Part shown: one piece after another, positions 41,147 through 54,949 of the stretch | Layout of the letters: each line of letters begins with the position of its first letter | Position numbering within the stretch: the stretch's first letter is position 1 | Assembly (NCBI GenBank): GCA_050084985.1 | Contig: JBITNC010000001.1 | Coordinates: 138,508,001 to 138,572,000 of the forward strand | Source: Nageia nagi | Lineage: Eukaryota; Plantae; Pinophyta | Length of the DNA stretch: 64,000 bases | Direction: 5' to 3' | The notes under the pieces: model-generated | The model's database searches: none | The model's input: the letters and a program-made list of their open reading frames with translations, nothing else | Told to the model about the DNA's origin: nothing | Translations under genes and position numbers: made by a program

Positions 41147-44100
41147 ATGGCAACTTCTCAATCATCCTCTACAGCTAAAATAGATCAACTCGATGCTAAA
41201 CTTATGACCATGTAGAAAGAATATCTTGAGAATGCCATAGGAATAAAATGGATTGAGATGGGGGTGATCAATCATATGGACACATGGAAAGCCAACCCTA
41301 ATTGCATTCTTCTATAGCATAAGACACTCAAGGTGACCAAAAAGGGAAAGTCACTCATTCATTCAAAAAAGGATGTCATGATTAGCCAGGGCCAAGTTTA
41401 TTATGTGCACTATGAGTGGTTTACTTGCCGTAATATATTATATTCTTTAGCACATAGACATCACCAAAAGGGTTACCTAATAGGAATGTTCAAGAACCTA
41501 AAAGAGGGAGATGCATCAGAACCAAATTTTGAAGTAGTATTGGATTACTCTCTTGATTCCATCATCCAAATGTTTACCATTCTAGTAGACTAGACTTTTC
41601 ATGTTTAGAAACAAATTGATTTAAAAAAGGAAAAGAATGACTTTTATATCAGTCAAGATGAAATGGTGAGCTAGATTAGTGGAAGATACCAAGACAATAG
41701 GAAGGCCAAACTCTTACCAAGCTATTAGATAGCCCTATTTCAAAGAAAAAGGATAGAGTAGTGTTGTAGGTACTGGTAGTTATTCTAGGAAAGAAAACCT
41801 AGATTGAAGTAGATGAAGCCATGGTACATATGGCTTATAATATTACAAAGGCTCATGTTTGCTATGACTTCTTAGCTTTCATTACTAATGAAATAAAGAG
41901 ATGCCTATTCAAAATTGAAAAGTCAGACTTCAAACACTCTTCATATCTTTGGTGGCTCTTTGCCCATCAAAATCTTCATAAACTTATAGAGGTAAGGTTG
42001 TAGTTTAGCTGATGAGTTCTAGTGCTATACCAATACAAATCAACCTGATGGTATCAGTTTTGAGTGAGTTGCATGGATGCTAATACAAGTTTATGGAAAA
42101 GTTTTATGCAAGAGTAGTACAAATTTTTATCGAAAAACTCCCCAACAGACTAAGCAAAAGTAAAATGAGGGAGCTACATGGAGGAAACAAAATTGGTGAA
42201 TGGTACTTCTTAAGAAGTTGAATCATAATAATAAGGTATGGGTATTTTGAAAGATCTTTTTTATTACCCAAGTATGTAACCTACTAGCTATGTTCAATAG
42301 AAATGGGAAGGTAAATTTATGCTATAAAGAGCAAATATGGATCCAAGGGTAATTTTAAGTCTATTGTAGATATACCAGCTTCTACTAAAATTTTGCTCTT
42401 TTAGAAATAGGATGTAAAGATAGTATAGCTGAATTCATTATACAGAATTTTAAATTAGAAATGGTGGAAGCTCCATGGATGTATGACCCTTTAGGAGAAA
42501 TGACCTAAGTAATAAGGTCAAGAAAAAAATGTCTAGCTTTTGTCATGATATTAGGCCTCATATAGAATGTTTTGTAAATAAAACTAAATAGGAAGTAAAA
42601 AGGTACCCTAATTAAGAGTTCACACCCCTATATAAATCTTGGATGGCCCTTGAGGGAATAAGGAAGTATAGAAATGGGGAAAATAAGCAATAAGATTTTT
42701 TCCTCAACCCAAAAGTCCTCACCCAATTATCAAATCTTGGGTGGGGTCCAAAAAATTCATTATTTTACAAAATTTAGATTTGAGTATACAATAAAAATTC
42801 ACCACATAGAGAGTGAATTTTTTGAAAAATTCAAATATGATAACTACTGGGAGGTTGAGTATGTCAAAGATCCCTTACCATAGTTGGGACAACCCCTTCC
42901 TCCTCATTTTCAAGAAAATCTACTATAGAAGAAAGGCCATTATAGGTAGGATAACCATCCAGCATTGTTGAGCTTCCAAAGAAGGGAGAGTAAGATCCTT
43001 TAGACACTACTACCTCTTCTTGAGAGCCTTCTCCAAAGAAGAAAAGTAAAATACAAACCCTTGCTCAAAAATAATAAATTTTGAAGAAAGAAGAGAAGTT
43101 GTAAAAAAATCTTGCACCACTATGATAAGGTCACAGTCACAAATAACTATACCTTCACCTTTAAAGGCTACAGAAGAAATTCCAAAGGTGCTGGCAAAAG
43201 AGGTAGAAATTTTTGATACAAAAGAGTTAAGAGATCCCCAAGATATAAATACTAGTGCTACATAAGGAGCCCAAATATAAAAATAAACCTTACAAAAGGA
43301 GCAAACCCAAATTCAACAAGGCAAGGGAAGTGTACTTGGAGCTAGTATATTTGTAAAACTACACCTGGAGGAGGATCAAGAGATGATGATGATGAATTTG
43401 GAAAAAAGAAAGAATCTAGCCCAATGGATAAAGCTAAGGATGAAATAAGATTAGGAAAGAGGTAGAGCAAGAAATATAAGTTCAAGACCTAACACCTCCT
43501 TGATAGTTATAGCCTATGCGATAAGTTGAGACATCTACTTTAGGTGGAATCACTACTCCCCATTCTTTAATTCCTACAACCTCATAAGAGGAAATAAAAT
43601 CAATTTTTTCTACACAAATTGTTGAGCACATTGATTGAGTAGCTTTGTCATAAGTCTCCTATGCTCCTTAAGATACACTCCCATTCTTTAATTCTAAAAC
43701 CTCATAAGAGGGAATAATCAATTTTTCTACACAAATTTTGAGCACATTGATTGAGCAGCTTTTGTCAATAAATCTCCTATGCTCCTTGAGCAATAGTTGA
43801 GAATTTAAGCAAGGTAATATGAATAGGAGATATTAAAATAGCACAAATGCCTTTCAAAGAAGGGAAACTAGATATTACTCTCATAGTTATAATAGATGTA
43901 AATATCCAAAGTGCATTGACAATTAACTAGTCAAGATTCTTGGTAAATACTTCAATGGCAACCACAAAAGCCTTCAAGTAATGGAGAATAAAATAGAAAA
44001 ATTGAACAAGAAAATATATCAGTATAAGATAGACTACTCCCTTAAAGATAAAATAGTAGTTGGGTTGTAGAATAAAAATAAAGACTTGATTGTAAAGCTT

Positions 44101-46400
44101 GACAAGCAAAAGTTAGAGTTTGATAAAAGCATAATAACCAAAGTTGAGCTAGATGCTACAACTCAAACAATATAAGATCTCAAAGCTTAGGGTTTTAGTC
44201 ATTGATACTCATAAGGTCAAGTAGGTTGACATCGAGCTACAAATTATCATTGCAACAAATAAAATTTTATCTGATGATAATGCAAAGTTGTTATTGCTCA
44301 TAAAGAATTTTAAGAAATCCTTGGTGGAGTAAGTTAAAGAAAAATGATAACATTATCACACTTACATATATTGAAAGAAGAAATAATACAAGTAATTAAG
44401 GAGTTCCACATTCAAACCATACCTCATAAGCTGGCTTTGGATACACCCATGATAGTTTTAGAAGAATTGTAGACTTGTTTAATGGTCTTGACTAAAAAGG
44501 ACATAGTAGCAATCTCTCCCAAACCAAGATAGTTGTATCAAAGAAGGATTCAAGATATTAGTGAACTCTAAAATTTGGTGTTTACATGGATATTAATAAG
44601 CATTACTCATAATAGAGCTAGGATTGATTAATAAATTCTTTAATTCTTTGATTGAGATGAAGGCTCTCAAATTATGGGAAGAACAAGATGTACAAAGTAG
44701 TGCTACCAGTTGGGTAGCCAATACCACTTGGTTTCTTGAACAATCCTTTTTTGAGAAGTAAATCTCAGACTTATAGTAAATAAATGATTTTCTTAGGAAG
44801 AAATTACAAAAATTTTACATGCTAGAAGGCTAGATAATGTTCTAATAGGATTTAAAGTAGATACAATAAAGACTAAGACATCCCTTATCTTATCATAGAT
44901 TGAATATAAAGATCTTAGTGATCTAAATAAAAAGATGCAAACATGTCTTTTGATAGAGTTGGTAGCAATAGCTAAGACCTCTACCAAGTCTACTTTTGGA
45001 CAAGCTACTGGAAGTAGCAAGTAGAGGGTTCTATTCTCTAGTAGGAAGAGACCCCAAAGAGCCACCAAAAGATTGTATTCTCTCAAAATTACACTTTGAA
45101 TTGGGGTAATTCAAAATTAATCTTTATTTCTTTATTTTTTTATTCTTTAGTACCTAAGAGTTATGTAATTAAGAGTGCCTAAGGATGATGTTATTTTCTT
45201 AGAGTCTACGTGAGTAGTAAATTCTTGTATTCTTTCATTCTCATCAATTCCTCTTCTTCCCACTTCTTTATCTTAGAGTGTCAAGAAATGTAAATAAGAA
45301 TACCTAGGAGTTATGTTATTTTTTTGAAGTACCCAAAATTTATGTAAATAAGAATACTTGAGAGTTATGTTATTTTCTTAGAGTATCTAGGGGTTATGTA
45401 AATAAGAATACCCAAGAGTTATGTTATTTTCTTAGAGTACCTTGGAGTTATGTTATTTTCATAGAGTACCCAAGAGTTATGTAAATAAGAATGCTTGAGA
45501 GTTATGCAAATAAGAATGTCTAAGAGTTACATTTATTCTCTTAGAGTGTTCAAGAATTATTGACACAAGTGTCCAAGAGTTGTATAAATTTAGATCCAAG
45601 ACATCAAATAGAGCCCATTGATTCTGAATGATGATGTCATAATTTTTGATTGAAATCAATGGGTCCTAAAATAGGTAATGGTAGGTGAGGATTTATAAAG
45701 ACATCAAATAAATACCACTAATTTTGAAAGATGATCTCATAATTGTTTTCTAAATCAACTAGTCTTAGAAGAGGTAGATCATCAACAAGCCCAGATGAGA
45801 AAAATAGAATCTACTAGGCAAAGGTAAGAGTAAAGAAACACCTAGGTCCACATTGTCTTAAGTGTTTGACCCCTGAGGCCCTATTAATGTGTTGACATCA
45901 ACTCAATTCCATATAATAGTGGTAGTTTCTTATCAAATCAAGTTGACATAATGTTACAAACCACCATTACTCTGATTATTAACATCTATAGTAGAGATGA
46001 TAAAGATTATAGAGAAGTAGATAGTAGCTAATAGAGCATAGTACCAAATTATATCTATCAATTTATAGATAAATAATTATTTAGATAGCTACAATGCTAT
46101 CTTTAATTAGCCATTGGGCGAAAGAAGGAGTAATCAATTACATGTCAGAAGGATTATGGCTCTATGGACATGGCTATTTAGAAATTACAAATTCCTAGAT
46201 AGTCATGTTGTTGGTACTTATTCACTATATAATGTAACATAGTTGTAGTATTTATGTAACTAGTGCTATTTTAGTTATTTCATTCAATACTAGTAATTAT
46301 GTATAAATAGCTAACTTTTAGAGATCAAAATGGTTAAACATTTTAGCAAATTTACCCAAATCTATAAGATCTATTCACATATGATAATACAAGTAGATAA
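41147..46400 (+). mobile_element. Decayed LTR-retroelement 3' region: long extra ORF (~41147-45100) plus repeat-rich 3' UTR, copy 1
   Basis: Frame MATSQSSSTAKIDQLDAKL..FKHSSYLWWLFAHQN..GEWYFLRS.IIIRYGYF, then an acidic/Pro/Ser linker and a heptad-rich, coiled-coil-like C-terminus. No gag/pol motifs. A polypurine tract is preserved in copy 2. Confidence 0.65.
45285..45535 (+). repeat. Short tandem array of two alternating GAGTTATG-based motifs (second copy 50390-50635)
   Basis: GAGTTATGTAAATAAGAATACC and GAGTTATGTTATTTTCTTAGAGTACC are repeated several times. Confidence 0.9.
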
Positions 46401-46715
46401 TGTGATCTATCCTTATCTTTCTTTTCATCTATTTGATTTACTCTCTATCTCTCACTCAATGATTTCCATAATGCTATTGCTATGTCATAAGGAAATCTTT
46501 TCAATGTATGATGTGAGACATAAATTCTCAAATAAATTTCAATATTTTTCTCCAATATGTTTTGTATTTTTTATTTAACATATTGCAAAGCACTAAAAAC
46601 CCTTTCATCTTTCATGAAACCCAAAATCATTATCTAACATAGTTCATATAAATTAAAATACTTTGACATTGAATCATATAGAATACTACTTAGATACAAT
46701 TTTTTCCATTATCAT
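46400..46715 (-). mobile_element. Duplicated 3' end of the hAT transposase (dimerisation domain)
   Basis: Aligns to ~51985-52300 (tcaatgatttccataatgctattgctatgtcataaggaaa). Confidence 0.85.
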
Positions 46716-46727
46716 AGAATACTACCT

Positions 46728-49700
46728 GAATGTTCAAGAACCTATAAGAGGGAGATGCATTAGAACCAAAGTTTGAAGCAATACTAGATTACTCTCTTGA
46801 TTCCATCATCCAAGCATTTGCCATTATGGTAGACTGAATTTTTCATGTTAAGAAAAAAATTGATTTAAAAAAGGAAAAGAATGACTTTTATATCAATCAA
46901 TATGAAATGGTGAGCTAGATTAGTGGATGATACCAAGATAGTAGGAAGTCCAAACTCTTACCAACAAATCAGATAGCCCTATTTGAAAGAAAAAAAAGAA
47001 GTGTTGCAGGTGCTAGCAGTTATCCTAGGAAAGAAAACCTAGATTGAAGTAAATGAATCCATGGTATGTATGGTTTATAATATTACAAAGGCTCATGTCT
47101 ACTTTTCTCAACTTTCATTACTAATGAAATAAAGAGGTGCATATTAAAAATTGAAAATTCAAACTTCAAACACTCTTCATATCTTTGGTGGCTCTTTGCC
47201 CATCAAAATCTTAACAAACTTATAGAGGTAGGGCTACCAATTCAATTAATGAGTTCCAATGCTACACCAGTATGAATCGACCTGATGGTACCAATTTTGA
47301 GTAAGTTGCATGGATGCTACTACAAGTTTAAGGACAAGTTCTATGCAACAAAAGTACAAATTTTGATCAAAAAAGTCCCCAACAAACTAAGCAAAAGCAA
47401 AATGAGGGAGCTACAAAGAGGAAACAAAATTGATGACTGGTACTTCTTAAGAAGCTACACCATAATAATAAGGTATGGGTATTTTGAGAAACCTTTTTAT
47501 CACCCAAGTATATAACCCCCTAGATATATTCAATAGAAATGGGAAGGTATATTTATGCTATAGAGAGAAAATATGGATTCGAGAGTTATTTTAAGTCATT
47601 ATAGATATACTAGCTTCTATTGAAAATGTTACTCTTTTAGAAATATGATATAAAGATAGTATAGTTGAATTCATTGTATAGAATTTTAAATTACATATGG
47701 TGGAAGCTCTATAGATGTATTACCCTTAAGGAAAAATGACCCAAGTAATAAGGTCAAGAAAAAAATGTTCAACTTTTGTCCATGATAGTGGGCCTCATAT
47801 AGAATATTTGTAAATAAAATTGAATAGGAAGCAAAAATGTACCCTGATTAGGAGTTTACACCCTTGAATAAGGTTTGGATGGCCCTTGAGGGAATAAGGA
47901 AGTATAGAAAATAGAAAAATAAGTGACAAGATTTTATATTCAACCCAAAAGTCCTCATCTAGTTATCAAATCTTGAGTGGGGTTCCAATAAAATTTATTA
48001 TAATACAAAATTTAGATTTGAGTATACAATAAAAATTCACCACATAAAGAGTGAATTATTTGAGAAAGTCAAATATGAAAAGTAATAGGAGGCTAAGTAT
48101 GTCAAATATCCCTTACCAGAGTTGGGAAAACCCCTTCCTCCTCATTTTCAAGGAAAATTTACTACAAGACTAAGGCCAATACAGGTAGGACAACCATAAA
48201 GCATGGTTGAGCTTCCAAAGAAGGGAGAGTAAGATTCACCACCTCTTCTTGAGAGCCTTCTCCAAATAAGAAAAGAAAAATTCAAACTCTTGGTCAAAAA
48301 TAATAAATCCTAAAGAAAGAAGAGAAGCCTATAAAAAAACCTTGTACCACTATGATAAGGCCACAATCACAAATAATTATACCTTCACCTTTAGAGGCTA
48401 TAGGAGAAATTCTAAAGGTGGTGGTAAAAGAGGTAGAAATGTTTTATACAAAAAAGTTAAGAGAGCCCCAAGATATGGATACTAGTGCTACATAACGAGC
48501 CTAGATATAAGAATAAACCTTGGAAAAGGAGCAAACCCAAATTCAATAAGGTAGGGGAAGCACACTTGGATCTAGTAGATCTGCAATAGCTACACCTAGA
48601 GGAGGCCTAGGAGATGATGATGAATCTAGAAAAAAGGAAGACTCTAGCCCAATGGATAAAGATAAGGATGAAGATAAGATCATGAAAGAGGCAAAATAAG
48701 AAATAAAAGTTCAAGACCTAACACCTCCTTGGTAGTCATAACCTACCCAATATGTTGAGATATCTACTTCAGGTGGAACTACTACACTCCATTCTTTAAT
48801 TCCTACAACCTCATAAGAGGAAATAAAATCAATTTTTTATACAAAAATTGTAGATTCCATAGATTTAGCAACTTTTATCAATAAATATCCTATGCACCCT
48901 AAGTAACAATTAAAAATTTTGAGCAAGGTAACGAAAATAGGAGATATTAAAATAGCATAGATGCTTTTCAAAGAAGGGTAAATAGATATTACTCCCACAA
49001 TTATAATAGATGTAAATATGTAGAGTGCACTGATAATTGATCAGTCAAGATTCTTGGTAAATACTTCAATGGAAACCAACAAACATCTTCAAGCAATGGA
49101 GAATAAAATATAAAAATTGAACAAGAAATTAGATCGATATAAGAAAGACTACTCCCTTAAAGATAAAATAGTAGCTAGGTTATAGAATAAAAATAAAGAC
49201 TTGATTGCAAAGCTTGACAAGTAGAAGCTAGAGTTTGATAAGAGCATAACAACAACCAAATCTAAGCTAGATGTTGCAAATCAAACAATACAAGATCTCA
49301 AAGCTCAAGCTACAATCATTGATACTCAGAAGGTCAAGCTAGTTGAGGATGAGCTACAAATTATCATTGCAACAAATAAAATTTTATCTGATGATAATGC
49401 AAAATTATTATTACTCATAAAGAATTTTAGAAAATCCTTGGTGGTGTAAGTCGAAGAAAGAATGATAACATTATCACACTTACATCTGCTAAAGGAAGAA
49501 ATAATACAAGCAATCAAGGAATTCCACATGCAAACCACTCTCCATAAGCTAGCTTTGGATACACCTAGGATAGTTTTTAGAAAAATGCAAGCCTATTTGA
49601 GGGTCTTGATTGAAAAGGACATAGCAGGAATCTCTCCCAAACCAAGATAGTTGTATCAAAGGAGGATTTAAGATATTTGTGAACTCTAAAATTTGGTGTT

Positions 49701-51545
49701 CTACATGGATATTAATAATCATAAGCTCATAATAGAACTAGGATTCATTAACAAATTCTTTAATTCTTTGATTAAGATGAAGACTCCCAAATTATGAGAA
49801 GAATAAGATGTACAAGGTAGTGCTCCTAGTTGGGTAGCCAATACCAATTATTTCTTGAATAATCCTTTTATGAGAAGGAAATCTTAGACTTATAATAAAT
49901 AAATGAGTTGTCTTAGGAAGAAATTACAAGATTTTTACATGTTGAAAGGCTAGATAATGTTCAGATAGGGTTTAAAATAGATATAATGAAGATTAAGACA
50001 TCCCCTATCTTATCATAGATTGAATATAAAGATCTAAATGATCTAAATAAAAATATGTAACCATTTCTCTTGAATGAGCTAGTTGAAGTAGTTGAGACCT
50101 CTACCAAGTCTACTTTTGGACAAGCTACTAGAAGCAACAAGTAGATGGTTTTATTCTCCAGTAGGTAGAGACCCCAAAGAGCTACCAGAAGATTGTATTC
50201 TTTTAAAATTACACTTTGAATTGAGGTAATTCAAAATTATTCTTTATTATTTAGTACCTAGGAGTTATGTAATTAAGAGTGCTTGGGAGTGATGTTATGT
50301 CTTAGAGTCTCTATGAGTTGTAAATTCTTGTATTCTTTCATTCTTGTCAATTCCTCCTCTTCCCACTTCTTTATCTTAGAGTGTTAGGAATTGTAAATAA
50401 GAATACCTAGGAGTTATATTATTTTCTTAAATTACCTAGAAGTTATGTAAATAAGAATACCTAGGAGTTATGTTATTTTCTTAGAGTACCCAGGAGTTAT
50501 GTAAATAAGAATACTGAAGAGTTATGTTATTTTCTTCGAGTACTTGAGAGTTATATTATTTTCTTAGAGTACTAGGGAGTTATGTAAATAATAATTCTTT
50601 AGAGTTATGTAAATAAGAATGTCCAAGAGTTATATTTATTCTCTTAGAGTGTCTAGAAATTGTTGACACAAGTGTCTAAGAGTTGTATAAATTTAGACCC
50701 AAGACATCAAATAGAGCCCATTGATTCTGAGTGATGATGTTATAGTTTTTGATTGAAATCAATAGGTATTGAAAAAGGTAATGGTAGGTGAAGATTTATG
50801 AAGAAATAAAATAAAGCCTTTTAATTTTGAGAGATGATATCATAATTTTTGACTAAATCAACTTGTCTTAGAAGAGCTAGATCATCAACAAAGCCCAGAT
50901 GAGGAAAATAGAAACCACTAAGTAAAGGTAAGAGTAAAGAAACACCCAGGTCCACTTTATCTTAAGTTTTTGACCTTAAAGGCCTTGATAATGTATTGAT
51001 ATCAACTTATTTCCATATAATAATGGTAGTTTCTTCTCAAATCAAGTTGACATTATGTTACCAAGCACCATTACTTTAATTATTGACATCTATAGTAGAG
51101 ATCATAAAGATTACAGAGAAGTAGATAATAGCTGACAGAGAATAGTACCAAATCATATCCATCAATTTATAGGTAAATAAGTATTTAAATACTTACAATG
51201 CTATCTTAAATTAGTTATAGGGTCAAAGAAGGAGCAATGAATGACATGTTAGTAGGATTGTGGCTCTATGGACATGGCTATTAAAAAATTGTAAATTCCT
51301 AGATAATCATGCTATTGGTACTTATTCACTATATAATCTAACATAGTTGTATTATTTATGTAAATAGTGCTATTTTAGTTATTTCATTCAATGCTAGCAA
51401 TTATGTACATTAATGAAACCCAACCACCCAAGAAAGAGGGAAGTTGTATAAATAGCTAACTTTTAGAGATCAAAAAAGTCAAATATATTACCAAATATGA
51501 CCAAATCTATAAGATCTATTCACATATGATAATACAAATAAATAA
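46728..51545 (+). mobile_element. Second tandem copy of the extra-ORF retroelement segment, ending in PPT plus LTR stub
   Basis: Colinear with 41485-46400. ORF 47285 DDWYFLRSYTIIIRYGYFEKPF. Purine tract AAGAAAGAGGGAAG (51430-51443) is followed by TGTATAAATAG at 51445. Confidence 0.7.
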
Positions 51546-52029
51546 TGCTTTGTTCTCATACACCAAAGTGGCTATTTATTACTTGTATACATGTTATGTG
51601 TGAAATGTTTTCCTTAAATTATGGTTATGTATTGTGATTGTGAGACCCCAAGTGCGAGATAGCTTACTATTTTTGATCTTGGCCATGGATTGTTACCTAT
51701 GCTGCAATGCTCAGGTTGTATATTTCTTATTTTAGCTCTTTTTATTTACTTGTATATTTCTTGTAACTCTTTTTCCTTTTATTTCTTTTTTGTTACTTTT
51801 GGCCTTAAATATAGATAGGAATCGACCTATAAGCTAGAGATTGAGTAGAAAACCAACACGAGTGCATCCCCACCACTTTCTACTCTTTCAAGAAACCTAC
51901 TATTGTAGGAAATGGAGAACAAAACCAAACCAAACCCTTTGAGGTTATGCTATACCAATCAATAGAGAAATTCACAATGTCATCTATGAAGGTATCCTCA
52001 TCTTTGTTTTCATCAATTTAATTTAATCC

Positions 52030-54560
52030 CTATCTCTTGGTCAATGATTTCCATAATGCTATTGCTATGTCATAAGGAAAGTTTTTCAATGTATGATGTG
52101 AGACATAAATTCTGAAATAAATTTTAAGATTTTTCTCCAATATGTTTTGTATTTTTGATTTAACATACTGCAAAGAACTAAAAATGCTTTCATCCTCCAT
52201 GAAAGCCAAAATCATTGTCTGACATAGTTCATATAAATTAAAATACTTTGACATTTAATCTCAAAGAATATGACATGGATATAGTTTTTTTCATAATCAT
52301 GTTATGAAACTAGACTCTAATGTAATTATTTAAATTGACCAACTATTATCAAGCTAAAAATTCTAGATTATTGAATCAAATCCTTTTTCTCTAGAATTCC
52401 TTTTATCTCTACACCATTTACTTCAACAATTCTTCCAAAAAGAGTTACAATATTCTCCATATGTTTATTGAAAAAATGACATGTATTGTTGTAATCTGAA
52501 ATCAAATTTCAAAAATTTAGATTCGCTTTAGCCATATCTTCAACCAAATCATCTCTATGATATCTTTTCCTAATTTCTCTTATTAATGTATCTAAAATAC
52601 TTCTCAGCTTAATCCTTGATTTTGCAAAATTCTTTTAAATCTGATGTACATCATAAGAACTTGGTCAAATTCAATTTTAGCAGATGACACCACATATTAT
52701 CTTTCAAAACAATATGGTGGAATATCATTTACATTGACATTTATATAAAAGTCTATCAAAAATATTGAATATTAAAAATTATTTTGGATTTTTCACATTT
52801 TTCAATGCATTCAAATTTTCAAATAATGGATCTGTAAAATTTGTTTCATACAACCTATCAATAGTTTAGCATACTCATTTCCTTTCATTGATGAAATCAA
52901 TTACATATATAGATATTTCTTGAGCAATCTTGATCAATTTTTTCATTTCATATAATATTAGTATCATTTCACATAATAATAATAATATTTTCAATTCTAT
53001 CATGCAATACAATAAATCCTTGACTCTATCAGTACCTCTTCTATTTTGATAGAAATTGTTGAAAATTTATATTTTCAAATACTCTTTCTATAGGTTCAAA
53101 CATTGAAATCCATCTAGTGTCCACATGTTTCAACATTCTTTTTCTATCATATTTTCCAAGAGAAAATTGTTGGAATTTGACATTCCTTCTAGAGCTTTTT
53201 GAAAAGTATGCATACACCTCATCTATAAATTCTTCCACTTAAGCCACACAAGTGTGTGTGATTACTATTTTGTATGCAAGGTTCAATCTATGAGCCATAC
53301 AATGAATAGGGATCATATACAAAGTAAATGATATTTGGATTGAATGCAAAGTCCATTTTTGTTTCCTTGCATTACTGAAGCACCTTATGCACCTACACAT
53401 ATTAGCTTTCTTGCAATTTTCTCATCATCCATGTTAGCAATCTCTTTCAAACTATTTACAACAAGACTGGAGAGGTTTTTTGAGTTACAAGCTTCTTTTA
53501 TTCTATGTATTGTTAGCAAATAGGGTTATCTAACATGTTCTATAAATATGTAAATATATATACATATCCAATATGTGTTATCTACTATAATTACCTCATT
53601 AATTGATAAAGAAATGAATCTTGATTTTTTACACTTTATTTTAAATCTTCTCTTTCAACCAATGCAAGACATTTTGCCATTTCCCAACCATTTTGATCAG
53701 ACCAATGAGAACTTGGAAGATGCTACACACCTACTAAATCAAAAAGTGTTTTATGATCATAAAAATCTATTATTAGCTTCCATTATTTTAGAAGATAAAA
53801 AATAATAGCAAATTGTAAACTTTTTGAAACTAATATTTTTTCTTTTACTTTTCCATATTGTGTCATAATTATGAACCATTTTGATTGCAAATTTATTTTT
53901 CTTCTAACATCTTGTTATATTTAATTTCATATTTCTTATGGAAATATTTAGTTTCATCCTTTATGATTTGAACTTTTCTAACTGTTCCATCCTGAACTAT
54001 TATGTTCACATATGTCTTTTTGCAATATTTTTCAATTGTATCATATTTAAGTTGCATCTTATATTCCATTCCTAATTCCCATGAATAAATCTTGCATTTA
54101 CATTTTGTTAGGGGATCACTATTCTCAGGAATCATTAGGATAATGAATGAAAATCATGATGATCATTCTTCCTCAAATGATCTACTAATAGACCAAGATT
54201 TTTTTTTTTAAGATTTATGAGAAGCACTTCTTATGTATTTATGTTTTTGGTGATTTTTTGTTTCTTTATCATATTTGATATTATGAATTTTTATTGGAGT
54301 GACAAAAACTATGGAAGCCACCTTGGGTGTAGGTTCTTTGTTGTTATGGTTCACAATATTAGCATTATTAGGAATATCATCATTAAATATATATCTAAGT
54401 GGTGGTATATCAGGATCAATTATATTTTCAAAATATCTTCAATTGATGGCATATCAAGCTCAATAATGTTTTAAAAAATATCTTCTAGTGGTGGCATATT
54501 AGGATCAACCATATTTTTCAAAATATCCTCATGCAATGGCAAATCAGGATCAATTATATT
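52030..54560 (-). mobile_element. Degenerate hAT transposase (ZNF862-like, DUF4371 plus hAT dimerisation domain)
   Basis: Minus strand: FISLSINEVIIVDNTYW (first catalytic D region), KLICVGA*GASVMQG, IPIHCMAHRLNLAY (CxxH, ~53272-53315), VYAYFSKSSRR, VDTRWISM and EDESIFSSLQYVKSKIQN (ERxFS region). The N-terminal KCKCKI is a possible zinc-finger remnant. TIRs not identified. Confidence 0.9.
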
Positions 54561-54949
54561 TTTTCCATACAAGTATATTTCTAATAATATGATGACTAAA
54601 CAAAAATTAAACTATTTATATGTAAAATAAAAATAATAAAGGATACACTAAAGGAACTTGTAACTATCATGTTGTAGGATACCAACACCTACCTACATGT
54701 GAAATATTTTTTAATTCTCTTTTTTGTAGGTGGATTGTTGTGCTTATTTCACTTTAATTTTCCAATGGGTGACATTTCTTAGAGATTAACATATGGTCAC
54801 TCATAAACTAGCATTTGAAATCCCTCAAAAATAGGCATCTATAATAAAAAACATTAGCTTTTGATGTCTAACATAATATAACGAGGAGTATTTATAATTC
54901 TTATTACTTAGGTGATCATTTGTGGTCATCTTAAAAATGAAATAATCCA

